Assembly (NCBI GenBank): GCA_963733825.1
Contig: CAVTEK010000016.1
Location: forward strand, 29,791 to 93,790
DNA from: Pirellulales bacterium
GTDB taxonomy: Bacteria > Planctomycetota > Planctomycetia > Pirellulales > Lacipirellulaceae
DNA length: 64,000 nt
Direction of reading: 5' to 3'
The notes under the pieces were generated by a model. It did not search any database. It saw only the letters and a list, made by a program, of their open reading frames with translations, and was not told where the DNA came from. The position numbers and the translations under genes are program-made. This document shows, one piece after another, positions 1 through 8,542 of the stretch (position 1 is its first letter; each line of letters starts with the position of its first letter).

Positions 1-2
1 GC

Positions 3-1826
3 TTCAACGATTGGAATGGCGCCTATTCCGGCGTCTGGCAGCCTGAAGGCCAATTGAGCGATTTCACGGGTCAGGCGGCGGCCGGTATTTGGACGCTCGT
101 CATCAGCGATACCACGCACGGCGACGAAGGGACGTTGAACGGTTGGTCATTGACGTTCACCTCCGGCGAGCCATTCACGACGACCGATGAAGACGGCTTT
201 TATCGCTTCGATAATCTTGCCGCCGACCAGTATATCATTCGCGAGGAGGTGGCTCCGGGCTGGACGCAAATTCCGCCAGCGACGACGGATATTCCGGCTG
301 CAATGTTTGCCAATTCGGCATGGACCGTGAACGTCGTGGGAATTGATAATTTGAGCGACCCCGATGGGCCGGATAGTCACCGGAACGTGCGGAATGTCGA
401 TTTTGCAAACTTTGCACCTACCGGTTCGATCGCGGGCCAGGTTTACAACGATGCCGACGGCGATTCGATGCCGGGATTAGGTGAACCCGGTCTGTCGGGT
501 TGGACCGTTTTTGTCGACGCTAATGGAAACGGATCGCTCGACTTGCAATCGGTCGACAACGTCACTTTTTCCAATACGGCTGCGGCGATCAATAGCTTTT
601 TTCCGGTCGCATCGAAGCTTTGGATTGGCGACTTGGCTACGATCACGCACATCAACGTGCAGCTCGACATTTCCCACACGTACGACTCAGACCTGACCGT
701 AAACCTTGTTTCCCCCGCAGGCACGCGCGTGAGATTGTTCTCAGGCGTCGGCGGCAATGGCCAGAATTTCTCCAGCACCATTTTCTCCGACGATTCCATC
801 GCACCTATTTCCGGCGGTACTGCTCCCTTCGACGGCGTGTATAAATCGGAGCAGCCATTGAGCACATTCTACGGTGAGAGCTCGATTGGCTTTTGGACAT
901 TGGAAATCACCGATAATTCTCCCGCCAACGACACCGGCAATTCATTGAATTTCTGGGGTATCGAGATTATCGGCAACGAACTCTCGGCGGTTACGGATGC
1001 TCAAGGCAATTATTCGTTTGGCAATTTGCCTCCGGGTATCTACGCGGTCAACACGGATCAAAAGTCGGGATGGACGCGGACCCAGGTCCCGGGCAACGTA
1101 ACGGTTGGTCCGGGACAAAACGTGACCGACGTCAATTTTGGAAACCAGTCCGCCGTCCCCATCCTGCCTGGCGACTACAATCTCGATGGGTTCGTCAATG
1201 GCGCCGATTACGTCATGTTTCGTCAAACCATGGGTTCGCACGTCACCGCGTTTTCCGGCGCCGATGGCGACGGCAGCGGCGTGATCGACCAGGCCGATTT
1301 TGGCGTGTGGCGCGCTCATTTTGGCCAGTCTTCGGGCGGCGGAGCGGGAAATGTGATGGCTGCGGACACGGGATCGGGTGCCCTCGTGCAAGACCCTGGG
1401 GCGTCGCAGCAGGCCAGCGTCGCGCCGTTAACCGTCGAAACTATTGCGTCGCCAGTTGTCGAAACAGTTCAACCGGCGGCAACCCTTGAACCACTCGCGG
1501 CCGAACCGCAAGGCTCGTCTGCCGCAGGCATCGCCTCGTTGTCTTCCTTAGAATCGCCGGTCTTTGTCGCACAAGACCTGCCGTCGACTCGAGCGGCCGT
1601 TTCACCGCACGACGAATTGATCGCCGGCTCGCCGGTCGTGTCGGCATCCTCGAGCGACCTTGGCCTATTGGCGTGGATCGCCTCGTCGCCGGCGGTAACC
1701 CAACCGGCCGGGACAACGTTCTCCGATTACGATTTTGCGGCTTCGCCAATGGCCGAGGAACCGGCATCGCTCGATGCGGCTTTTGAAACGCTCGAGGGTA
1801 GCGCTTTTGGCGCCGTGGCGATATAA
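3..1826 (+). CDS. Secreted multidomain protein, 5' end cut by the window edge: two proprotein-convertase P-domains, SdrD/Cna-B-like beta-sandwich repeats, dockerin-like Ca-binding pair, Ala/Ser/Pro-rich tail
   Basis: Frame 3 is open from nt 3 (FNDWNGAYSGVWQPEGQLSDFTGQAAAGIWTLVISD..GTLNGWSLTF, the end of a P-domain). Second P-domain: DISHTYDSDLTVNLVSPAGTRVRLF..GFWTLEITDN..LNFWGIEI. Dockerin/EF-hand-like repeats: GDYNLDGFVNGADYVMF and DGDGSGVIDQADFGVW. Confidence 0.75.
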   Translation, partial: FNDWNGAYSGVWQPEGQLSDFTGQAAAGIWTLVISDTTHGDEGTLNGWSLTFTSGEPFTTTDEDGFYRFDNLAADQYIIREEVAPGWTQIPPATTDIPAAMFANSAWTVNVVGIDNLSDPDGPDSHRNVRNVDFANFAPTGSIAGQVYNDADGDSMPGLGEPGLSGWTVFVDANGNGSLDLQSVDNVTFSNTAAAINSFFPVASKLWIGDLATITHINVQLDISHTYDSDLTVNLVSPAGTRVRLFSGVGGNGQNFSSTIFSDDSIAPISGGTAPFDGVYKSEQPLSTFYGESSIGFWTLEITDNSPANDTGNSLNFWGIEIIGNELSAVTDAQGNYSFGNLPPGIYAVNTDQKSGWTRTQVPGNVTVGPGQNVTDVNFGNQSAVPILPGDYNLDGFVNGADYVMFRQTMGSHVTAFSGADGDGSGVIDQADFGVWRAHFGQSSGGGAGNVMAADTGSGALVQDPGASQQASVAPLTVETIASPVVETVQPAATLEPLAAEPQGSSAAGIASLSSLESPVFVAQDLPSTRAAVSPHDELIAGSPVVSASSSDLGLLAWIASSPAVTQPAGTTFSDYDFAASPMAEEPASLDAAFETLEGSAFGAVAI

Positions 1827-1834
1827 TCGGCCGC

Positions 1835-4444
1835 ATGGATGCCGCCGTTAAGCCGGTGGAAAGCCGCGGGGCAAAAACTGGCACAATTGCAGTCGTGGAT
1901 TCGACCGCTTTATACGGGCGCCGATACCAGCCTTTGGTTCTCGTCGCGCTCGCCGCTATGGCGGGCATTATCTGTGATCGGTATGGACTGCGCTCAATTT
2001 TCGCTGGGGTCGATTCGGCGATCGACATATCTTGGTTCGTGATCTGGTGGTGCCTGTGCGCCACGTGCCTCGCGTTGTGGTGGTTCGTGCGGAATCGCCA
2101 GTACGATGGGCCCGCCGGGTGCTTATTGCTGGTTTCTGTCGCACTGACGGGAGCGGCATGGCACAACTTGAATTGGTTTCTGTTCGATCGGAATGAAGTT
2201 GCCAGGTACGCGGCCTTCGAACCAGCGCCGGTGTGTATTGAAGCGATTGCCCGCGAATCGCCCGAGCGGGTTTCCGCTCCTCGGCCGACGCCGCTGCGAG
2301 CGATCCCGGTCGGAGAGACGAGCCGTCTGCGCGTCGCTCTCACGGGAATTCGCGATGCCGGCGAGTGGCGACCGGCCAGCGGCACGTGTCAGCTTTCCGT
2401 CGAAGGCCACTTGCTGGGCATCCACCAGGGCGACCAGTTGCTCGCGTTCGGTCGATTGGCGCTCATTTCGCCTCCGCTCAATCCGGGCGAAACGGATTTT
2501 GCGGCCCGTGCCCGAACCGAACGGGAATTGGTTCGGGTCCGCAGCTCGGCGCCCGAATGCGTGTCGATCCTTTCCAGTGGCGGCGGATTCACTCCGTCGC
2601 ATTTCCTCGACAGCGTTCGCGTCCGCGCCAAGCAAGTCGTTCGCTCGCTCGTTGGGCCAGATCGAGCGGGTCTGGCGGCGGCAATATTGCTGGGCGCTCG
2701 GGAAGGGCTCCCGTATGAGGAAACCGAGACGTACATGCTGACGGGCACGATCCACGTGTTGGTTGTTTCGGGGCTGCATGTGGCTATTTTGGCGCTGGGG
2801 TTGTGGGGGATTCTGCGTATGGGTTGGCTCCCTCGGCGAGCCGGTTTGTGTCTGATCATCGTTGTGGTAATCGCCTACGCGCTCTTGGCCGAGGTGCATC
2901 CCTCCATTGTTCGCGCAGCAACGTTGTGTGTGCTCGTTTGTTTGGCAGAATGGGCAGGGCGGCATGGCGTGGCGTTCAATTCGCTGTTTGCCGCGGCGCT
3001 CGTTGTGCTGGCGATGAACCCGGCCGACATGTTTCAAACAGGGCTGCAGCTCAGTTTTCTGGCAGTCGCTTCGCTCATTTGGAGCGGGTGGGGCTTGCAG
3101 TCGAGGAAAAGGGAAGCTCGAGACCCGTTGGAAGTCCTGCTCGCGGCGGGACGACCCTGGTATCGGCGGGCCCTCTCGTCCATCGGTCGTTGGACTGGCT
3201 GGCTGATGGTGACCTCGGGTATCGTTTGGCTGATGACCTTGCCGTTGGTGTTGAACGCCTTTCACGTCGCGTCGCCGATCGCTATCGTTGTCTCGCCCGC
3301 GATTTGGCTGCTGGTCATCCTGGCCATGTGGAGCGGCCTCACGATGCTGGCGATAGCGCCGTTCACTACTTCGCTTGGTGCATTTTGCGGTTCGATATGC
3401 AGTGCGTCGCTCGGTGGCCTCGAAACAGTCGTGCGCTGGGCCGAATCAGTTCCCATCGGCCACTTCTTTCTTCCTGGTCCGGCGTGGTGGTGGGTTGCGG
3501 TTTTCTACGTCGCAATGTTGTACGTGATGATTTGGGGAAATCGATTGTTGCCGTTGCGGTGGCAATTGGCGACGCTCGCTCTATGGATATTGGTGGGGCT
3601 CGTGCCGTTCATGACCCGCGGATGGACTCACAATGGGCTTGAGTGCACGGTGGTTGCCGTGGGGCATGGTGAGTGCATCGCGCTCGAAGCGCCGGGTGGT
3701 GCAACGATGCTCTATGATGCCGGCGGAATCGGCTCGCCTGAGTACGCGACCCAATCTATCGCTGACTTCCTTTGGAATCAGGGCATCGTGCGGATCGATG
3801 GGATTGTGCTTTCGCACGCCGATACCGATCACTACAACGCCGTCCCAGGCCTGCTCGAGCGATTTTCTGTGGGCGCAATTTACGTGTCGCCGTTGATGTT
3901 TCGGTCCGCCGAATATGGCGGGCCGAAAGCATTGCACGACGCCATTGTGCGCGCCGGCGTGCCGATCCGCAAGATTTGGTCCGGCGATCAATTGCATGTC
4001 GGACCGGATGTGACGATCCAAGTTTTGCATCCGCCCCGAAAAGGCGTCCTCGGCACCGACAACGCAAATAGTGTGACGCTGGGAGTCGAATACGCGGGCC
4101 GCCGCATCCTGTTGCCCGGCGACTTGGAATCTCCCGGCATCGACGACGTGATGGCCGAGTTGCCCTACCACTGCGATGTTCTGTTGGCTCCGCACCATGG
4201 TAGCCGGCGCAGCGATCCGCCGGGATTCGCAGCTTGGAGCACGCCCAATTGGGTCGTCCTCAGTGGCGGCGGCGGAGAATTGGTCGAGCCGGTCATCCGC
4301 ACGTACGAGCACGAGGGCGCCCGCGTTCTGGTGACAAGTGAAGTGGGAGCAGTTCATTTTAGAGTGTTACCGGATTCGACGTTAACGATGACGACGTGGC
4401 GACCACCTGCGCCGACAGTCGCGACGCTCTCTTCCCGGCCATAA
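1835..4444 (+). CDS. comEC: DNA internalisation competence protein ComEC/Rec2 (membrane competence domain plus metallo-beta-lactamase domain)
   Basis: 869-aa ORF. Polytopic hydrophobic core with TGTIHVLVVSGLHVAILALG. C-terminal MBL motifs GHGECIALE, SHADTDHYNAVPGLL, LLAPHHGS. Confidence 0.9.
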   Translation: MDAAVKPVESRGAKTGTIAVVDSTALYGRRYQPLVLVALAAMAGIICDRYGLRSIFAGVDSAIDISWFVIWWCLCATCLALWWFVRNRQYDGPAGCLLLVSVALTGAAWHNLNWFLFDRNEVARYAAFEPAPVCIEAIARESPERVSAPRPTPLRAIPVGETSRLRVALTGIRDAGEWRPASGTCQLSVEGHLLGIHQGDQLLAFGRLALISPPLNPGETDFAARARTERELVRVRSSAPECVSILSSGGGFTPSHFLDSVRVRAKQVVRSLVGPDRAGLAAAILLGAREGLPYEETETYMLTGTIHVLVVSGLHVAILALGLWGILRMGWLPRRAGLCLIIVVVIAYALLAEVHPSIVRAATLCVLVCLAEWAGRHGVAFNSLFAAALVVLAMNPADMFQTGLQLSFLAVASLIWSGWGLQSRKREARDPLEVLLAAGRPWYRRALSSIGRWTGWLMVTSGIVWLMTLPLVLNAFHVASPIAIVVSPAIWLLVILAMWSGLTMLAIAPFTTSLGAFCGSICSASLGGLETVVRWAESVPIGHFFLPGPAWWWVAVFYVAMLYVMIWGNRLLPLRWQLATLALWILVGLVPFMTRGWTHNGLECTVVAVGHGECIALEAPGGATMLYDAGGIGSPEYATQSIADFLWNQGIVRIDGIVLSHADTDHYNAVPGLLERFSVGAIYVSPLMFRSAEYGGPKALHDAIVRAGVPIRKIWSGDQLHVGPDVTIQVLHPPRKGVLGTDNANSVTLGVEYAGRRILLPGDLESPGIDDVMAELPYHCDVLLAPHHGSRRSDPPGFAAWSTPNWVVLSGGGGELVEPVIRTYEHEGARVLVTSEVGAVHFRVLPDSTLTMTTWRPPAPTVATLSSRP

Positions 4445-4468
4445 AATTATCGGGATTGCGATAACCTA

Positions 4469-5640
4469 GTGTAGTGCTTTAGAAATACGGGAACTTATTG
4501 GCTGCCGCTGGCGTCTGAATCCTCTGAACATGGAGGATCACGATCATGCGGATTGCAAGCGCCATTGTCTTAACGGATGAAGAGCGAGTTTCGTTGACCA
4601 AGTGGTCGCGAGGACGCAGCACGCCGACGCGACTGGTGTTGCGAGCAAAGATTGTCCTGGCGGCTGCCGGCGGCCGTGAGAGCAAGGAGATCGCCGCTAT
4701 GCTGGACTGCACGCGACGGACCGTGGGGACGTGGCGTACTCGCTTCGCGGAGTCGCGTCTGGCAGGCATTGAACAGGATGCTCCACGCGGCGGACGCACA
4801 CCCACCAGGCGCGCCTCGTTCGAGGCCGAGATCATCCGCAAGACGACTCAGGAAACGCCACCCCATGCCACGCAGTGGTCGACACGGTCACTGGCCAAGG
4901 CGTTGGGTTGCAGCGATACGATGGTCCAGCGCGTCTGGCGAGACAACGGCCTGCGGCCGCACCGCACAAAATCATTCAAGGTCTCGAACGATCCGCAGTT
5001 CGCTGAAAAGTTGGTCGACGTGGTCGGCCTGTACTTGAATCCTCCCGAGCATGCGCTCGTGCTTTCGTGCGACGAGAAGAGTCAGATTCAAGCGCTCGAC
5101 CGCACGCAGAAGAGCCTGCCGATATATCCCGGCCGGCTGAAGACCCTCACGCACGACTACAAACGCCATGGCACCACCACGCTATTCGCGGCAATCGAGT
5201 TGGCCGCGGGAAAGATCATCGCTGAGTGCATGCCGCGACACCGACACCAGGAATGGATCAAGTTCCTGAGGAAGATCGAGGCGGAAACGCCGCCGGAATT
5301 GGACCTGCACCTGATTGTTGATAACTATTCCACGCATAAGCATCCCAAGGTCAAGGCCTGGCTCCGGCGGCATCGACGGTTCCACATCCACTTCATCCCG
5401 ACAAGCAGTTCGTGGCTCAACGTGATCGAGCGGTGGTTCCGCGACATCACTCACAATCGGATTCGCAACGGCGTCTTCCGCAGCGTTTCCGAGTTGATCC
5501 AGGCAATTCGCGACTACATCGACCAGCACAACAGCGACCCGACCACGTTCGTGTGGACCAAGAAAGCCGAAGACATTCTGGAGAAAGTCGCCGCGCTCGG
5601 GCCAGCCTCGATAAGGTCCCATCTGCTTGAAGCACTACAC
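4469..5640 (+). mobile_element. IS630-family insertion sequence, copy 1 (1172 bp)
   Basis: 11-bp terminal inverted repeats GTGTAGTGCTT (4469-4479) and AAGCACTACAC (5630-5640), flanked by TA at 4467-4468 and 5641-5642. A near-identical copy lies at 29870-31043. Confidence 0.93.
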
Positions 5641-5643
5641 TAG
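4546..5643 (+). CDS. IS630-family DDE transposase
   Basis: 365 aa. HTH-like N-terminus, then [21 protein letters not shown] and [11 protein letters not shown] catalytic-region motifs. Relative to copy 2 there is a 1-nt deletion near 5590-5593, which alters the last ~15 aa and runs the ORF into the right IR/TA. Confidence 0.9.
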   Translation: MRIASAIVLTDEERVSLTKWSRGRSTPTRLVLRAKIVLAAAGGRESKEIAAMLDCTRRTVGTWRTRFAESRLAGIEQDAPRGGRTPTRRASFEAEIIRKTTQETPPHATQWSTRSLAKALGCSDTMVQRVWRDNGLRPHRTKSFKVSNDPQFAEKLVDVVGLYLNPPEHALVLSCDEKSQIQALDRTQKSLPIYPGRLKTLTHDYKRHGTTTLFAAIELAAGKIIAECMPRHRHQEWIKFLRKIEAETPPELDLHLIVDNYSTHKHPKVKAWLRRHRRFHIHFIPTSSSWLNVIERWFRDITHNRIRNGVFRSVSELIQAIRDYIDQHNSDPTTFVWTKKAEDILEKVAALGPASIRSHLLEALH

Positions 5644-5651
5644 TGGGGAGT

Positions 5652-5727
5652 GTGGAAGGCGGAAGGGGGACGGAACTATCAATCGAGTCTTTCTTCCTCT
5701 GCGCTTGCTCTTTCGCCTTCCTTTGGG
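5652..5727. repeat. Word hairpin: GGAAGGCG words (5652-5669) with inverted CGCCTTCC partner (5709-5727)
   Basis: gtggaaggcggaaggggg ... ctttcgccttcctttgggg read directly. Also contains AAGGGGGACGGAAC, which resembles the REP-like GGGGAC motif. Confidence 0.5.
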
Positions 5728-5833
5728 GTAGCCATTGGTCGCGCTGCGCCTATGATTAGATGCTTGGCGTAGTTGATACGGCGTATCATTAGGTGGCTCT
5801 CGCCAACGACGAACGTCGCCCAATAAACTTTTC

Positions 5834-6883
5834 GTGGAAATAGCGAAGATGAACGATCAGGAGACGGTCGGATTGCTAACTCGGGCGCCCACTGGCCGCC
5901 AGGAACAGGATCCGCTTGGGCAGCCGGTTTCTACGTTGTACGACTATCGTAACGGCGCGAGTTCCGTTCACGCTGAAGTCGCGCAATCGCCCTCGAGCGA
6001 AGGAGCGGGCGCCGCGGAGCTGATTAACCACGGCCTCGATTGGCCGGTCGTGATCTGGATTGGCCTGGTTCACGTTCTGGCACTGGTTGCTCCGTTCTTT
6101 TTCAGTTGGCAAGGCGTGCTTGTTTGCGCGGTGTTGGTAATCCTGACTGGTGCAGGGGGCGTGTGCATGGGTTATCACCGCTGCCTGACGCATGGCAGCT
6201 TCAAGACGTATCGGCCGGTCCGTTGGCTGCTCGCGTTTTTGGGCGGTCTGTCGGGCGAGGGCTCGGCGCTCACCTGGGTGGCCAATCATCGCAAGCACCA
6301 TCACTTCAGCGACAAGGAAGGCGACCCGCATTCGCCACGGGACGGCAAGTGGTGGAGCCACATGCTGTGGTTCATGCCGAACTTCGGCCAGCGGTGGCAT
6401 AAGGAGCTCGTCGAAAAATACGCTCCAGACATGCTGAAGGACAAAATGATCGTCGTGATGCATTACCTGTTTTTGCCCTCACACATTGCCCTGGGTGTGG
6501 CATTGTTTTTGGTCGGCTACTTTGCGACGCCGATCGGATTGGGCGGATGGCGGGCCGGGTTGTCGCTCGTGTTCTGGGGCCTTGGCGTGCGGATGGTGTA
6601 CGTGCTCCACGTGACTTGGATGATCAATTCCGTGACGCACATGTGGGGCACGCGCCGCTACGACACGACCGACGACAGCCGCAACCTGTGGTGGGTGGGA
6701 TTCCTGGCGTTTGGCGAGGGTTGGCACAACAACCACCACGCCTATCAACGCGTCGCCAGCCAGGGACACCGCTGGTGGGAGATCGACTTTACCTACTATC
6801 TCATCTGGATGATGGAGAAAGTCGGGCTGGCGTGGGACGTGGTTCGGCTGCGGGATATTCCCAAGGGAACGAAGCCGGCGTAG
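5834..6883 (+). CDS. Membrane fatty-acid (acyl-CoA/acyl-lipid delta-9 type) desaturase
   Basis: Three histidine boxes HRCLTHGSF, HRKHHHFSD, GEGWHNNHHA, with TM segments between them. The start could be GTG 5834 or ATG 5849. Confidence 0.9.
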   Translation: MEIAKMNDQETVGLLTRAPTGRQEQDPLGQPVSTLYDYRNGASSVHAEVAQSPSSEGAGAAELINHGLDWPVVIWIGLVHVLALVAPFFFSWQGVLVCAVLVILTGAGGVCMGYHRCLTHGSFKTYRPVRWLLAFLGGLSGEGSALTWVANHRKHHHFSDKEGDPHSPRDGKWWSHMLWFMPNFGQRWHKELVEKYAPDMLKDKMIVVMHYLFLPSHIALGVALFLVGYFATPIGLGGWRAGLSLVFWGLGVRMVYVLHVTWMINSVTHMWGTRRYDTTDDSRNLWWVGFLAFGEGWHNNHHAYQRVASQGHRWWEIDFTYYLIWMMEKVGLAWDVVRLRDIPKGTKPA

Positions 6884-6885
6884 TA

Positions 6886-6913
6886 GCGGGGAGCGGGGAG
6901 CGGGGAGCGGGGA
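6886..6913. repeat. Tandem heptamer (GCGGGGA)x4, starting 3 nt after the desaturase stop
   Basis: gcgggga gcgggga gcgggga gcgggga read directly. No inverted partner is nearby. Confidence 0.9.
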
Positions 6914-7357
6914 GTAACCCAACGTATTTTGCTCGGCTTCTTTTGCGTTTGATTCGCCGTAACCGCGCCGTTCTCGGGATTCAGTCAGTTTTGGCGGCGA
7001 TTCTTTCTGCGGTCGGCTGCTAACTCCTTTCGCATTCATGCGTTGCAATTGTGCGCCCAAAATGGGTCCCATAAAACGCGGGCGTAACTCGGTAGTTTCG
7101 CGCGGCCCAGTGACCAATCCAAGCACTAAACCTCGCGGCGCGGCGCAAGCGGAGCGCGCACAATTGAACGAGTTTCCGTCAATTGATGCGCGCCACATTC
7201 TGGCCGACGCTGAGAGCTGAGAGCTAACGGCTGTCCGCTAATCACCGAATTATCAAAGAACAAGCTGCACTGTGGCACGATCGACCATAGCACATCGACC
7301 AGGCGATTTCATCAACGATTCTTGGCCGCCGCCCAGTGAGCTGTGCCTAAGAATTCG

Positions 7358-7448
7358 TTGTAGGAGGGGTCTCCGAGCCCGATCACTCGTCTTTTAGACA
7401 ACATGTTGTGAAACATTGTTGAATCGGCGTCGGAGACGCCTCCTACAA
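7358..7448. repeat. REP/MITE-like inverted repeat TTGTAGGAGGSGTCTCCGA..., arms 7358-7379 and 7426-7448
   Basis: ttgtaggaggggtctccgagcc and ggcgtcggagacgcctcctacaa. The arms are reverse complements apart from 2 mismatches. Flanked by GCTGAGA, CCGCTAAT and GATAAGCG word repeats (7209-7243, 7502-7550). Confidence 0.7.
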
Positions 7449-7797
7449 ATCCTTTTTTGGGCAAAGCACCCGTGCGCACGAACGTGGGGGAACACTAATT
7501 GCCGCTAATTTTCGCTGATTGATGATAAGCGTTGATTAGCGAAGATAAGCGTTCCAAATCACACCGCGATATAGCGATCGTCGCCGAGTTGGCGGGCTTT
7601 GCCAAGCGCGGCGTGGGTTTCAAGAAGTTCTTCGATGCGATCGAAGGGCGCATATCCGGGCAAGGGATTATGGAGGCCGTTCAAAGTGGTGGTTGAGAGT
7701 GTCACAGCACGTGCAGGTCTTTTAACCGGACCATAGAAAGTGAAGTAGAGTTCAATGGGTAGGCAGTCATTCCGCCAACTTGTTGTGGAGGTTTGTC

Positions 7798-8240
7798 ATG
7801 CAATTCACAATTGGGGTATGTGTGGCAGTCAGCACGCTACTGGGGGCAGGCGCGCCGAAAGACGGCGTGACACCCAATGGCGATGCGTTTCATGGAGTTT
7901 GGCAGTTGAACAATGGAGAAAGCGATGGCAAAGCGCTGTCGGAGGCGCAGCTCAAGGGAGCGAAGCTGGTCATTCAAGGTGACCGCTATACGGTTACGTT
8001 GCCCGGTGCTGGGACTGTAACGGGAACGCAGAAACTGGCGCGGCGCACGGGTTTAACACGATCGACATCACGGACGAGAGCGGCCCGCACGCAGGCCAGA
8101 CCTGTCTTGGAATCTACGAGCTCAACGGAGACGAGTTCCGCGTGGTCTTTGCTTCGCCCGGCAAGGATCGGCCGTCAAAATTCGACACCGTGCCGGGCAG
8201 CGGCCGATGGATGCATGTTTGGACGCGAGGGCAGCAATAG
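7798..8240 (+). pseudogene. TIGR03067-type (lipocalin-like, planctomycete) secreted protein, one frameshift near 8033-8040
   Basis: Signal-like MQFTIGVCVAVSTLLGAGA, then GVWQLNNGESDGKALSEAQLKGAKLVIQGDRYTV. The family tail LGIYELNGDEFRVVFASPGKDRPSKFDT..W continues in the +2 frame and ends at TAG 8238-8240. Confidence 0.7.
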
Positions 8241-8279
8241 CCGGCTGCGCTGTGCATTCCATCATGAGCTAATGGAAAG

Positions 8280-8313
8280 GCGCCGCGAGAAACTTCTCGC
8301 GGCGCTTTCTTTT
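8280..8313 (+). terminator. Rho-independent terminator
   Basis: 11-bp stem gcgccgcgaga / tctcgcggcgc, loop aact, followed by tttctttt. Confidence 0.75.
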
Positions 8314-8542
8314 GACGCCAGGGCCACAAGGCGCTAATGCCGTCGACATCCGATGCGCACTCGGATTTCATTTCCAACACGCGGGAGGCGGTTCTGATCA
8401 TCAGGGTGTTGGCATTGCAGCGCCGCAGCGACGTGAAGAGAGCAAAAGAGTTTAAGAGCAACCCCGCGTCGGCGCGACACACCGCGGTCGATGCGACCGA
8501 ACGCAGCCCAATGGCGGATCTTGTGTCTCAGGACGGTTCGTC

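Noticed and set aside
1441-3265. Long minus-strand ORFs 1441-2385 (314 aa) and 2123-3265 (380 aa)
   Set aside because: They are antisense shadows of the P-domain protein and ComEC genes. The translations are Arg/Pro/Gln/His-rich with no motifs, which is typical of stop-poor frames in GC-rich DNA.
6073-6086. TGGCAC..TGCT sigma54-like match (also TGGCAC at 1876 and a minus-strand match near 57085)
   Set aside because: The GG-to-GC spacing is off by one or two nt, and the sites lie inside coding sequences or point away from any gene start.
6886-6913. Possible CRISPR array or other spaced-repeat locus among the tandem heptamer and word repeats
   Set aside because: The units are only 7-8 nt, directly abutting or forming hairpins, with no 25-40-nt repeats, no unique spacers and no cas genes in the window.
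7565-7705. 46-aa minus-strand ORF (VTLSTTTLNGLHNPLPGYAPFDRIEELLETHAALGKARQLGDDRYIAV*) with protein-like composition
   Set aside because: It is too short, has no RBS or family match I can name, and has no credible N-terminus. It is possibly the tail of a decayed gene, but the evidence is not sufficient to call it.
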